Positions 11,389 to 21,078 of a DNA stretch of 34,847 nt are shown here, piece by piece (position 1 is the stretch's first letter; each line of letters opens with the position of its first letter). Below the pieces are notes generated by a model. It saw nothing but the letters and a program-made list of their open reading frames with translations, was not told where the DNA came from and searched no databases. The DNA is taken from sequence record SRR31147125_2715, one strand, 5' to 3'. A program made the position numbers and the translations under genes.

Positions 11389-12276
11389 TTAATATATTTC
11401 CGGTACAAAAGTCTGGTCAGATATAGGCGGTCGTACATAGCCCATATTTTCCTGACGAGGTGGCAATTTAATAGGATCAGGTGTCAAATCGTGATAGGGA
11501 ATTTTACTCAAGAGATGATGGATGCAATTTAACCGGGCGCGTCTTTTATCATCCGCGTCCACAACATACCAGGGAGCTTGCTTGATATCCGTATAATTGA
11601 ACATTTCATCTTTAGCTTTGGAATATTCTACCCATTTAGCCCGGGATTCCAGATCCATGGGACTCAACTTCCACCGCTTTGTTTGATCCTGAATTCTGGC
11701 CTGAAAGCGTTTTTCCTGTTCCTCATCGCTCACTGAGAACCAGTACTTTATCAATATAATACCAGAACGTACGAGCATACGTTCAAACTCGGGACAGGTT
11801 CGTAAAAACTCCTCGTATTCTCTGTCTGTGCAAAATCCCATGACACGTTCGACACCGGCACGATTATACCAGCTACGATCAAAAAGCACCATTTCACCTG
11901 CAGCGGGAAGATGAGCAACATAACGCTTAAAATACCACTGTGTTTTTTCACGTTCAGTGGGTGTTCCAAGGGCAACGACACGACAGATACGGGGATTGAG
12001 AGACTGTGTAATGCGCTTGATAACGCCACCCTTTCCGGCAGCATCCCGTCCCTCAAAAATAACAACCACTTTTAAACCCTTGTGCTTTATCCATTCCTGC
12101 AATTTAACCAGTTCTATCTGTAGTTTTGCCAGTTCGGGCAAATAAATATTGTTTCTTAATTTGCCGTTTTTATTGAATTTTTCTTTTTGGTCATTCTTAT
12201 TTTCCGCTTTTTTCTCACTTTTATCCATGCGAACACCATCGTATTTTTTGTTTTTACTGTTTTTATTTTCTTTCAT
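11389..12276 (-). CDS. ppk2: Polyphosphate kinase 2
   Basis: Walker A FEGRDAAGKGG, Walker B LFDRSWYNRAGVERVMGFC and KRWKLSPMD. The start is ATG 12276 or 12228 rather than the ORF-track start. Confidence 0.95.
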   Translation of the reverse strand: MKENKNSKNKKYDGVRMDKSEKKAENKNDQKEKFNKNGKLRNNIYLPELAKLQIELVKLQEWIKHKGLKVVVIFEGRDAAGKGGVIKRITQSLNPRICRVVALGTPTEREKTQWYFKRYVAHLPAAGEMVLFDRSWYNRAGVERVMGFCTDREYEEFLRTCPEFERMLVRSGIILIKYWFSVSDEEQEKRFQARIQDQTKRWKLSPMDLESRAKWVEYSKAKDEMFNYTDIKQAPWYVVDADDKRRARLNCIHHLLSKIPYHDLTPDPIKLPPRQENMGYVRPPISDQTFVPEIY

Positions 12277-12500
12277 TTCACTAATTCTTATTTGTATTCT
12301 TGATTCAAAGAATATAAATACAAATATCCTGTCACGCAAACTTATTAATCATAAAAATCAACGTTTCAATCATACATCTTATTCACACAAATATTCAAAT
12401 ATGGTTATTTTCGTGCAAACGGGTTACTATCATGAAGGAAAAAGGAGAGTTGGCACATTTAACATTCTGTTTACAATAAATGGAACGAATAACAATCCTT

Positions 12501-12538
12501 TTTCGTGGCGGAGCTTATCTTTTATCTCCGCCACGAAA
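12501..12538. other. Perfect 13-bp inverted repeat downstream of the 12574-13194 gene
   Basis: TTTCGTGGCGGAG-12 nt-CTCCGCCACGAAA; no U-tract follows on either strand. Confidence 0.55.
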
Positions 12539-12573
12539 TGGATTTATGGTAAGATCATTCTATCTCCATTTCT

Positions 12574-13194
12574 TTACAAAATCAATACCCGATCTCCAAC
12601 ATAAACTTCAGGATAACGAACATTATTACCATTGAGTTTCTCAAGAACGACTACATTAGAATAATTTCCCGATAATTTAAATCTACCCAGAGACCGAAAT
12701 TTATGATGAACCCTATCCAGACTTTTTATTTCGAGAATTCTGGAAAACCGATGAATGCATGTTTCATCATCACACTGTACAATAACCAATTCAGGTATCA
12801 AATTGACAACAGTCCCCAAGTATGTCGGTTTAGAAAAGTGGGCATCACCTGGCTTTACCCGGGGATTCACCTTAGCTGTATATTCCAGTCTTGAAATTTC
12901 ATTGGACGTTACTGGTCTTTTGATCAACCTGCCCGGATTCATTTTTGAGTGAACAATTTCAATCTTTTGGGATTGCACGTTACCATTCGTTACATCACGT
13001 AAATTAGACTTTTCCTCAGGATTGTCGCTGAAAAATTCTTTTATAAAATTTGTTGTGTCATCAACCGCCTCTTTAGGATCACATTTAATATCAACCCAGC
13101 CTAAAGAGACCAGAACCAGAAAACCCACGATCACATAGAATATTTTAAAAGGAAAAACAAGAATCCCTTTAAAATATCTCATCAAGTTTATCAT
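12574..13194 (-). CDS. Hypothetical membrane-anchored protein with a beta-rich C-terminal domain
   Basis: Strong RBS AAAGGAGGGG, an N-terminal TM helix, and PGD...LGTV and VGDRV motifs typical of small beta-barrels. Confidence 0.7.
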   Translation of the reverse strand: MINLMRYFKGILVFPFKIFYVIVGFLVLVSLGWVDIKCDPKEAVDDTTNFIKEFFSDNPEEKSNLRDVTNGNVQSQKIEIVHSKMNPGRLIKRPVTSNEISRLEYTAKVNPRVKPGDAHFSKPTYLGTVVNLIPELVIVQCDDETCIHRFSRILEIKSLDRVHHKFRSLGRFKLSGNYSNVVVLEKLNGNNVRYPEVYVGDRVLIL

Positions 13195-13316
13195 GTTTCA
13201 CCCCTCCTTTCATTGGGTTTTAGATGACCCCACGCACCACACCCATACTTTTTATTTTAAAGCCCCATAGCTCCGATTTTACTGATGGACATCCTCCTCA
13301 TTCTTATCTGCAGAAG

Positions 13317-13373
13317 AAAAAAAAGGCCACACAGAAAAGGATACAACGGAGTACATCCAAATTTGCGCGGCCT
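13317..13373 (-). terminator. Intrinsic terminator-like long hairpin
   Basis: AGGCCGCGCA pairs with TGTGTGGCCT, with an inner GGATGTA/TGTATCC stem, running into a T8 tract. Confidence 0.6.
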
Positions 13374-13450
13374 CGGGAATTCAGGAATCAGGGCTTAATG
13401 CCTCAGTTCTTTTATCTCAGGACCTTAAATTTACGATTTTAATTTACATT

Positions 13451-13966
13451 CTATAGCTGTAATACATTCTCCCTATTTAATCTCTTTGCCTTGATCCTTA
13501 CCGGCAATTCGATTTCAACAACAATTCTATACCCCAATTTCCTGTTCTTGCCAACCTGGATCTCTAATATATTGCCCCTGATTTTTCCCAGCATCCTGCT
13601 GGAGGTCTCGGACAATTTCACTTTTTGCGTGCTATCCGCTGGTATAACTGTTAATTTTTGTGGTTTATTAAACATGATATAGAGCGGCTTGAGTGCATGG
13701 TTTTCGTTTTCAGAGAAAGACACTTTTCGAATAGTCCCATGAATTGGAAGTTCCACGTCAACAAGTATCTTTCGACCACTATGAGTCATATTCACGACCT
13801 GTCTCTCAAGCCAAGCACCTGCTACAAATCCGAGACACCTTTTCAAGCCAGAATTTTCAATGATATTTACTTTTTGTCTTTTTGACGGATCGATTCCCTG
13901 GAGGTTAAAGCTCTCACCCTCGTAAAGATGCATCTCTTTTACGTAAATCCCCGCATAAACAGTCAC
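13451..13966 (-). CDS. Hypothetical protein with an internal domain duplication
   Basis: GTG start after GGGGAG; two copies of QKV...R.LG...G..LE.QV...G.+I+V++ELP. Confidence 0.7.
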   Translation of the reverse strand: MTVYAGIYVKEMHLYEGESFNLQGIDPSKRQKVNIIENSGLKRCLGFVAGAWLERQVVNMTHSGRKILVDVELPIHGTIRKVSFSENENHALKPLYIMFNKPQKLTVIPADSTQKVKLSETSSRMLGKIRGNILEIQVGKNRKLGYRIVVEIELPVRIKAKRLNRENVLQL

Positions 13967-13989
13967 AATTTGCTCCCCGATATAAGTAA

Positions 13990-14652
13990 TTAGTCATTCA
14001 GATTATCATCAATCCAGTGTAAAAGCGTTTCTGTAACTTTTGTACCTTTTATGAGTTTATCATCATGAATGATAAAAATCCGTTGATGGTCTTTTATCAG
14101 TTCAGCCAATTCCTTTAATACATTTTTATTTTTTTCGAGCATGGAATTGATAAAATTGCGTTTATCATAAACACTGATGACGCTGACTCTTTTTTTAAGT
14201 GCTTTTTCAAATGTCGTTCCCAACAACCGCTCTGTTTCGAGATAATTAAATCCTTCCGGCCACTTTTGATAAAACTTGTCCGACACTTCGTTAATGACCC
14301 AAATATGATCCATCTTTTCCCACTCAATTCCGCGGGTTATGGCTTCCTGGCGAACATATCGGGTCAATTGGCGCCAGATCACTTTTTCATCAATATTTTT
14401 TTTGGAATCTTTCTTTTTTCTCGATTTAAAAATGGCCTCTTCAATATTTCTCACCACAAATCGATATTCAACAGCAAACATCATTTTTGTTTTTTCCTTG
14501 CTGCTGGTCAAATTCTTTTGTAATCCGGCTGCCACGTGCCAGGCTCTGGCTCTGGTTATCAACACAACCATCTCATTTACGGCGCCCTGTACAATCCGCT
14601 CCAGAATATTATGAAAAAGCTTTTCCCTGGTGGGTACATTATATTCATTCAA
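13990..14652 (-). CDS. Hypothetical protein, weak resemblance to the MEDS/DcmR sensory domain
   Basis: 220-aa ORF tightly coupled to its neighbours. The segment ETERLL...VISVYDKRNF...ELIKDH recalls the MEDS C-terminal pattern. Confidence 0.6.
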   Translation of the reverse strand: MNEYNVPTREKLFHNILERIVQGAVNEMVVLITRARAWHVAAGLQKNLTSSKEKTKMMFAVEYRFVVRNIEEAIFKSRKKKDSKKNIDEKVIWRQLTRYVRQEAITRGIEWEKMDHIWVINEVSDKFYQKWPEGFNYLETERLLGTTFEKALKKRVSVISVYDKRNFINSMLEKNKNVLKELAELIKDHQRIFIIHDDKLIKGTKVTETLLHWIDDNLND

Positions 14653-14657
14653 AAAGA

Positions 14658-15120
14658 TCAGAGTTCGTTCGCCCCTTCGGATCCCGAGTATATCTGTTTT
14701 TCCGGACTCTGATAACCCATGACACTGGACCGCATCAGTATCCTTTTATAAGCTTCTCTAAGTATTAATTTTTCATTTTCATCTTGCATGTTTTCCAGTT
14801 TTTCTATTAATTGCTCTTTATCGATCTTTTTACCCAGTTCCTCAATAGCTGCTTTGATATTTCTTCTACCAGACCCACTTTCTTTATCCGAATCCGGTTG
14901 GGCAAAATCCTTTAATAAAAGTTCCATTATCTTTAAATCAGTGCGGGTGTATTTTTTTCTCATAAACGTCTCCCTTGACTCTTACCGGATAAACGATTCC
15001 TGTTTCGACCAGATAAAGCAACAGACGTTGATCTATTTTATCTTCAACCAAATCCAACTCTTTGCATTTGGACTTTAATATTGTTAGAAATTCATTTGAT
15101 GTGTATAGTTTTCTGGGCAT
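14658..15120 (-). pseudogene. MerR-like HTH regulator split by a 1-nt frameshift (or two coupled small ORFs)
   Basis: ORF1 ...QRLLLYLVETGIVYPVRVKGDVYEKK and ORF2 KKYTRTDLKIMELL join into a MerR-type winged HTH if one A of the A7 run (plus-strand T7, 14952-14958) is removed. Confidence 0.5.
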
Positions 15121-15352
15121 GAGAACTATCAAACTTTTTTGTAATAATTAAAATTTTTACGTAAAATATTTCTATAATATGTAACATTATATTTATTACA
15201 ATATATTTCAATTTATTTGTAAAATTAAAAAATATCTGTGTTTTATAATAATTGTTTACTTTTTCTGATACGTTAAAAGCATTTTCACAGAATTGACACC
15301 ATTTGTGTTTTGCATTGATTAACAAAAAAAGCATCAGTGGGATGGCGAGTGT

Positions 15353-15480
15353 GCAAGGGGTTGAAATCCCTTGTGATTTCAGCTTTGCTCTATGCTGATT
15401 CATAAAGGTTTAGTTTGGTTTATTACATTTTTTGAGTTTTTTAACGTCCAACCTTGAGGCAAGGGTTTGAAACCCCTTGT
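15353..15480. repeat. Pair of 22-nt REP-like palindromes
   Basis: GCAAGGGGTTGAAATCCCTTGT (15353-15374) and GCAAGGGTTTGAAACCCCTTGT (15459-15480). Confidence 0.7.
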
Positions 15481-15655
15481 TATCTTCGTATTGGCCACCT
15501 TCTTAAATCCCTGGTCCTGTGTACATCAATATGTCTGTGAATCTTTAATTATAACCCTTTTGATATTTTTCCTGATAATCACAATCTGTCTTTGCCCTTG
15601 ATTTAAAAGCATATTTTCACTATAATAAAGCTTAATCACCGGAACGGAAATCAAT

Positions 15656-16608
15656 ATGGCGCCACACAGAGTGAATCGTCTTCTTGCCCTGTTTAATCGT
15701 CTTTTCGTGTTCTGGGTTATACTGGCTGGTTTGGCAGCCTTTTATTTTTCCGGATTTTTTATCCCTTAAAAAAAATATATGGAACTGTTTTTCGCCATCA
15801 CCATGTTTGGTGTGGGAATGGTGCTTAATCCAACTGATTTTGTTGCTATATTTAAAAAGATCAGGGTCGTATTGGTTGGCGTTCTGGCTCAGTTTTCGAT
15901 CAAACCGATTTGTGCGTTTTTGATTTCCAAAGTTTTTACCTTTTCAAAAGATAATTCTCTTGGACTCATTTTGGCTGGTTCCGCACCCGGAGCTATGGCA
16001 AGCAATGTGCTGAGTTATCTGGCTGGAGCAGATGTCGCTTCTTCTGTTTCTCTGACCACGGCTTCAACGCTGCTGGCACCTGTGCTGACGCTCCTTTTGA
16101 CTCTTCTTCTCGCACACACCCTATTGGACATTCCATTTTGGGGTATGTTTTTCAGTGTAACCCGCATGGTCCTGATTCCACTTTTTCTGGGTATACTTTT
16201 AAAAAGAATCTTTAACGAAAAGGTTCAACCTGTTTCCAGGATTTTCCCAGCGATTTCTACAACTTTTATCGCTTTTATATGTGCTTTGGTAATCGCATAA
16301 CACAAAAAATTTCTATTAATGATCAATCCCTGAATCTTTTCGCTGCCATTATCCTGAATATTTCAGGTTTTATTCTTGGTTACATAGCGAGCCAGTTATT
16401 TAGATTTGATCTCTTGAAAAAACGCGCTCTTTCTATAGAAATCGGCATGCAAAATGCCGGTCTGGGCAGTGTCCTGGCTTTAAAACATTTCAGTGAAAAA
16501 GCAGCCCTGCCGGCTGTTATATTTGTCTTTATTTGTATTTTTAGCGCCTCTCTGCTCGTGCCCTTGTGGGCGAGATCCAGCCGGAAAAAATCAACGTCCG
16601 CTACATAA
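15656..16608 (+). pseudogene. Bile acid:sodium symporter (BASS/SBF) family, disrupted
   Basis: Motifs MFGVGM, GVLAQF, APGAMASNV and SIEIGMQNAGLG. In-frame TAA at 15767, TAA at 16298, TGA at 16331 and a frameshift near 16340. Confidence 0.85.
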
Positions 16609-16787
16609 CAAGACTGAAAATCGTGCACTCGTCCTGATTTTTAAAAACAGAGTTTTATTTATTCTATGAAACCGGTTGTTCAGCCCCTTTTTATTTATCA
16701 TGGAATTTTATCCAATTCTTGATTATATTATCATATAATGACCCCTTTAATAATAGATATAATGAAACACCAGAGGAGATTTTCCTT

Positions 16788-17336
16788 ATGTCTGAACAAA
16801 TAAAACAAATTGCCATGCGGATTCGTGATCTGCGGGAAATAGCCGGGCTCTCTGTTGAAACAGTGGCAAAAGAATTTGATTTACCTGTGGATAAATGTCT
16901 CGCCTATGAATCCGGCACCGTCGATATACCAGTCAGTTTTTTATCCAAAGTAGCTCACAAATTTAACGTGGAAATGACCACCCTCCTGACCGGGCAGGAG
17001 CCGCACCTGCATATGTATTCACTCGTTCGCAAAGGTAAGGGGGTTATCGTTGACCGTTTTAAACAATACGAGTACCAGAGTCTAGGTTACAATTTCATTC
17101 ATAAAATGGCAGAACCTTTTCTGGTGACCGTGGATCCGGACGAGAGTGAACCGCAGTTCAATTCTCATCCGGGTCAGGAATTTCAATATGTTCTTGAAGG
17201 AAGAATGCAGGTCATTATCGATGAACGTACATTGATTTTAAATGAGGGGGATTCCCTGATTTTTGATTCTCATTACCAACACAGTATTAAAGCACTTGAC
17301 AATAAACAAGCCACATTTTTAGCCGTCGTTATATAA
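16788..17336 (+). CDS. XRE-family HTH plus cupin transcriptional regulator
   Basis: RIRDLREIAGLS...YESG HTH and cupin NSHPGQEFQYVLEG; ATG 16788 follows GAGGAG. Confidence 0.92.
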   Translation: MSEQIKQIAMRIRDLREIAGLSVETVAKEFDLPVDKCLAYESGTVDIPVSFLSKVAHKFNVEMTTLLTGQEPHLHMYSLVRKGKGVIVDRFKQYEYQSLGYNFIHKMAEPFLVTVDPDESEPQFNSHPGQEFQYVLEGRMQVIIDERTLILNEGDSLIFDSHYQHSIKALDNKQATFLAVVI

Positions 17337-17354
17337 GCGTTTCAGAGGAAAAAT

Positions 17355-19031
17355 ATGTTAGAAAAATATGTAGAGAAAACCGAGTTCGAATCCTATAAGG
17401 ATTTCTACGAAAATTTAAAAATCCAGGTACCGGAAAATTTCAATTTTGCCTACGATGTTGTGGACAGACTGGCAGAAGAAAAGCCCACCAAAACCGCCCT
17501 TGTCTGGCTGGATGACCATGGACACGAAGCATGCTTTACGTTTGCACAGTTGAAAATCTATAGTGACAAAGCAGCGAATATGTTTACCTCACTGGGTATA
17601 CAAAAAGGTGATTCTGTCATGTTGATGTTGAAGAGACGATACGAATTTTGGTATTGTCTTCTCGCTTTACATAAAATTGGAGCAGTAAGCATTCCGGCAA
17701 CCCACTTGCTCACATCAAAAGATATTGTTTATCGAAATAATGCGGCTGACATCAAAATGATTTTGACCGTGGATGACGAAGAAATCTGTCGACATGTCGA
17801 GGAAGCAGAGCAAAAGTCACCCACATTAAAAATAAAGGCACTTGTTGGAGGCCACCGACGGGATTGGCTCTCTTTTGATACGGAATTCGCCAATGCAGCA
17901 GACACATTCGAGCGACCAACCGGCGATAAAAAAACAACAAACGACGATACCCTGCTGATTTACTTTACGTCCGGCACAACAGGCATGCCCAAAATGGTTC
18001 AACACACCCATACTTATCCATTAGGTCATATTGTGACAGCAACCTATTGGCAAAATGTAATGGATGGTGGTTTACACCTCACAGTCGCGGATACAGGCTG
18101 GGCCAAAGCTGTCTGGGGGAAAATTTATGGACAATGGATTGGCGGCAGTGCTGTTTTTGTCTATGACTATGATAAATTTGTACCGAAAAAGTTACTGCAA
18201 ATCATCGATGACTACGGCATCACCACATTTTGTGCTCCTCCGACTATATACCGGTTTTTCATCAAAGAAGATCTGTCCCAATTCAAATTTGACAAATTAA
18301 AATACTGCGTTATTGCCGGTGAACCTCTGAATCCGGAGGTTTATCGTCAATGGCTCAAAGCGACGGGGCTTAAATTGATGGAGGGATACGGTCAAACAGA
18401 ATTAACCGTGACCATTGCTAATTTCCCATGGATGGAACCACGACCGGGCTCTATGGGAAAACCAGCCCCTGGGTATGATATTGACATAATTGATGAAAAT
18501 GGCAATTCCTGTGCTGTGGGAGAAGAAGGCCAAATTGTTATTCATACTGACAAACAAAAACCACATGGTATGTTTGTCGGTTATTACCGTGATAAAGAGC
18601 TGACCAAGAAGGTCTGGCATGAAAATATTTATTATACCGGTGACACGGCCTGGCGCGACGAAGATGATTATCTCTGGTTTGTTGGCCGCACGGATGATGT
18701 CATAAAAAGCTCGGGTTACCGTATTGGTCCTTTTGAAGTAGAGAGCGCCCTGCTGGAACACCCCGGAGTTATGGAATGCGCCATCACCAGTGTGCCGGAT
18801 CCGGTCAGAGGACATGTGGTAAAAGCGACTGTGGTGCTGACAAATGCTTATACTGCTGGAGAGGAACTTGTACACGAGCTGCAGGAACATGTCAAACGGG
18901 TTACCGCGCCGTACAAATATCCACGCATCATCGAGTTTGTCGATGAACTGCCAAAAACCATCAGTGGTAAAATACGACGGGTTGAGATCCGCAGCAAGGA
19001 TGAGGATAGTCATTCGACAAATGGGGATTAG
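17355..19031 (+). CDS. AMP-forming short/medium-chain acyl-CoA synthetase
   Basis: [44 protein letters not shown] and [11 protein letters not shown]. Confidence 0.95.
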   Translation: MLEKYVEKTEFESYKDFYENLKIQVPENFNFAYDVVDRLAEEKPTKTALVWLDDHGHEACFTFAQLKIYSDKAANMFTSLGIQKGDSVMLMLKRRYEFWYCLLALHKIGAVSIPATHLLTSKDIVYRNNAADIKMILTVDDEEICRHVEEAEQKSPTLKIKALVGGHRRDWLSFDTEFANAADTFERPTGDKKTTNDDTLLIYFTSGTTGMPKMVQHTHTYPLGHIVTATYWQNVMDGGLHLTVADTGWAKAVWGKIYGQWIGGSAVFVYDYDKFVPKKLLQIIDDYGITTFCAPPTIYRFFIKEDLSQFKFDKLKYCVIAGEPLNPEVYRQWLKATGLKLMEGYGQTELTVTIANFPWMEPRPGSMGKPAPGYDIDIIDENGNSCAVGEEGQIVIHTDKQKPHGMFVGYYRDKELTKKVWHENIYYTGDTAWRDEDDYLWFVGRTDDVIKSSGYRIGPFEVESALLEHPGVMECAITSVPDPVRGHVVKATVVLTNAYTAGEELVHELQEHVKRVTAPYKYPRIIEFVDELPKTISGKIRRVEIRSKDEDSHSTNGD

Positions 19032-19055
19032 GGATTTTTCTGTTGTTAATTCAAT

Positions 19056-19268
19056 CAACATCGGGGGCGGATACCCCAATCCAATATCCGCCCAGGAAAA
19101 ATTCCCTGGGCGATCATGTTTATGGGCGATCACGATAGATCGCCTGGATATTGCAAAGGCTTGATTTATTGACATTTTTCTACTGTAGCATCGTGGGGGC
19201 GGAAGCCCCAATTCATCGTCCGCCCAAGGAAGGATTCCCTGGGCGATCATATAACTTCCAGGGCGATC
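19056..19268 (+). repeat. Palindromic repeat cluster A (two ~60-nt units plus linker)
   Basis: Units 19056-19117 and 19185-19250 of consensus GCAACGTTGGGGGCGGATGCCCCAATTTATTGTCCGCCCAGGGAAGGATTCCCTGGGCGATCAT; linker AGATCGCCTGGA(A/T)ATTGCA...ATTGACATTTTTCT. Confidence 0.9.
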
Positions 19269-19456
19269 TTTTTTTTACTTGCACTGTGTTGTATTTTTTG
19301 TAAGTTATTAAAGTATTTCACACCTATTCTATAATATTTTCAACATATTAAGCTATTACAATTTATTTCGTATTTCCTTGCAATCTGTGGCTCTTTCTTA
19401 GCAGTTGTGGTACTCTATTTATAGTGTTAATCAACTTTATAATAAGGACCAAACCC

Positions 19457-20124
19457 ATGGATCTTAAAAAAGCAACTATCCTCGCCATATCAGCTACAAT
19501 CTATACCATTTTATTAAAGGCGGCCCATTTTATTTTTCCCGGGTTGTTTCGCTTTTCCCTGGTTATTAAAACAACCAATATCCTGATGCTTGGTGCTATC
19601 TTTGCGGTCGTTCTTTTCCTGATTTACTTTTACAAGGATTATGTCAAACCGGATCAGAAAAATCTTAAAGTGGTAACCCTTGTGGCACTTTTATGGCAAT
19701 CCATTTTCTTTTAACTCGATTAAAAATTTTATTGCTTCTTTTCCCGAAATTAGGTGTATCGTTTTATAGTGTTTTTCCAACTTTGTACAAATTTTTAACC
19801 TCTCCCTCCATAAAAAATTACACTGTTACTACTAGCTGGATTGGATCGATTATTTTTCTCACCTTTTTTATTATCTATTTTAATGAATTGAAAAACTCAC
19901 CTCAAACACGTCTCTTCAAGGCAACCTTTTATATGATAATTATTTCGGCCATTAGCTTTCTCAAGAGCACACTTGCTTTGTCCAGTTTTCTATTTCATAA
20001 ACAGAATGCGATGATCGAAGCAATGTCGGATAAAATGCCGTTGATTATGGTGCCTGTATTTCTTGTCAGTTCGTTGGTAGAAATTTATTTTTTGTGGGTA
20101 TTTTTGAAATCGCGGGATGGATAA
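19457..20124 (+). pseudogene. Multi-pass membrane protein split by a single-base frameshift
   Basis: Two overlapping hydrophobic ORFs. Adding one T to the T4 run at 19709-19712 gives one 222-aa frame. AAGGA RBS precedes ATG 19457. Confidence 0.65.
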
Positions 20125-20325
20125 TTGTAGCAGATCGCCTGGAAATTGCAAAGGTTAAATAATTGATATTTTTCTGTAGCGTCAACGTTGAGGGCGGATG
20201 CCCTAATTCATTGCCCACCCAGGGATGGATTCCCTGGGCGATCATGGGTTTTCTATGGCAGCAACGTTGGGGGCGGATGCCCCAATTTATTGTCCGCCCG
20301 GAGAAAGGATTGGCTGGGCGGTCAG
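20119..20325 (+). repeat. Palindromic repeat cluster B (linker plus two units)
   Basis: Same linker and unit as cluster A; the upstream gene's TAA lies within the repeat's GGATAA. Confidence 0.9.
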
Positions 20326-20387
20326 TACAATCAAATCCGCCCCATTCACGGCATTCGTGATCTATTAAAGACCAGGAGACAGTCCTT

Positions 20388-20948
20388 ATGTCAACAACAT
20401 CAGTTTTAATCTTATTGGGCATCACCCTTTTGGGATCCATTTCTCTGTTTATTTTGTTATCCATAAAAATAAAAAAAAGAGGGGGAAGCTTTACCTCCAT
20501 GCTGTACGGTTCGACATACGAATTTTATGATCACGATAAGAGAAATTCTATAAAAGAGGTTGTAGAAGAAAAAGCTGCGAAGAAACGGAAAGAACAAGGA
20601 TCCAAAGAACCTGATGAGGATTCCCAGGAAAATATAGATGCAAACGAGATTTATCAAAAACTATATCCAAAAAGTGATCCATACTTAATGGGAACTGAAA
20701 GGATTCTAAGCGTTATCTGGTTGGCCGGATTTTTGATAAAATACTTGATTACTCTGAAATTGCGGGGTAAAAAAAATGACCTTTTTCTATGGCAGCAACG
20801 TTGGGCGCGGATGCCCCAATTTATTGCCCGCCCGGGGAAGGATTCCCTGGGCGATCATATTGAATTTTTTCCTTGCAATCAATTGATTATTTTTATATTA
20901 TATACTGTATTTAACAACGAATATCAATTACACTTACATCACCAATAG
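20388..20948 (+). CDS. Hypothetical single-TM protein; the C-terminal part reads through repeat C
   Basis: AGGAG RBS, N-terminal TM helix and a charged segment. Residues LFLWQQRWARMPQFIARPGKDSLGDH are the translated repeat. Confidence 0.55.
   Translation: MSTTSVLILLGITLLGSISLFILLSIKIKKRGGSFTSMLYGSTYEFYDHDKRNSIKEVVEEKAAKKRKEQGSKEPDEDSQENIDANEIYQKLYPKSDPYLMGTERILSVIWLAGFLIKYLITLKLRGKKNDLFLWQQRWARMPQFIARPGKDSLGDHIEFFPCNQLIIFILYTVFNNEYQLHLHHQ
20782..20858 (+). repeat. Palindromic repeat copy C
   Basis: TTTTCTATGGCAGCAACGTTGGGCGCGGATGCCCCAATTTATTGCCCGCCCGGGGAAGGATTCCCTGGGCGATCAT. Confidence 0.9.
20873..20901 (+). promoter_or_regulatory. sigma70-type promoter
   Basis: TTGCAA-17 nt-TATTAT. Confidence 0.5.
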
Positions 20949-21030
20949 CATGTGTGGTGTTCTTGTAATCCATTGGAATTGAACAGGTCAAATAGTTTGG
21001 GCTGGGGAGCTATGATAACCGATTATTTAT

Positions 21031-21078
21031 AGGCGTAAAAGTGGTTTAAACAAAAACCTTTTACGCCTTTTTGTGTTT
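21031..21078 (+). terminator. Intrinsic terminator in the long leader of the DUF3857 gene
   Basis: AGGCGTAAAAG(T)GGTTT-loop-AAACCTTTTACGCCT followed by TTTTGTGTTT. Confidence 0.75.

Noticed and set aside
15656-16608. Stop-codon recoding or an alternative genetic code explaining the in-frame stops
   Set aside because: TAA and TGA terminate other genes normally, and a frameshift is also required.
18402-20500. ORFs 18402-19250(-), 18844-19164(+), 20066-20500(-), 20163-20360(+) and 20188-20409(+)
   Set aside because: They are shadows of the synthetase gene or translations of the repeat; their shared peptides merely reflect the DNA repeat.
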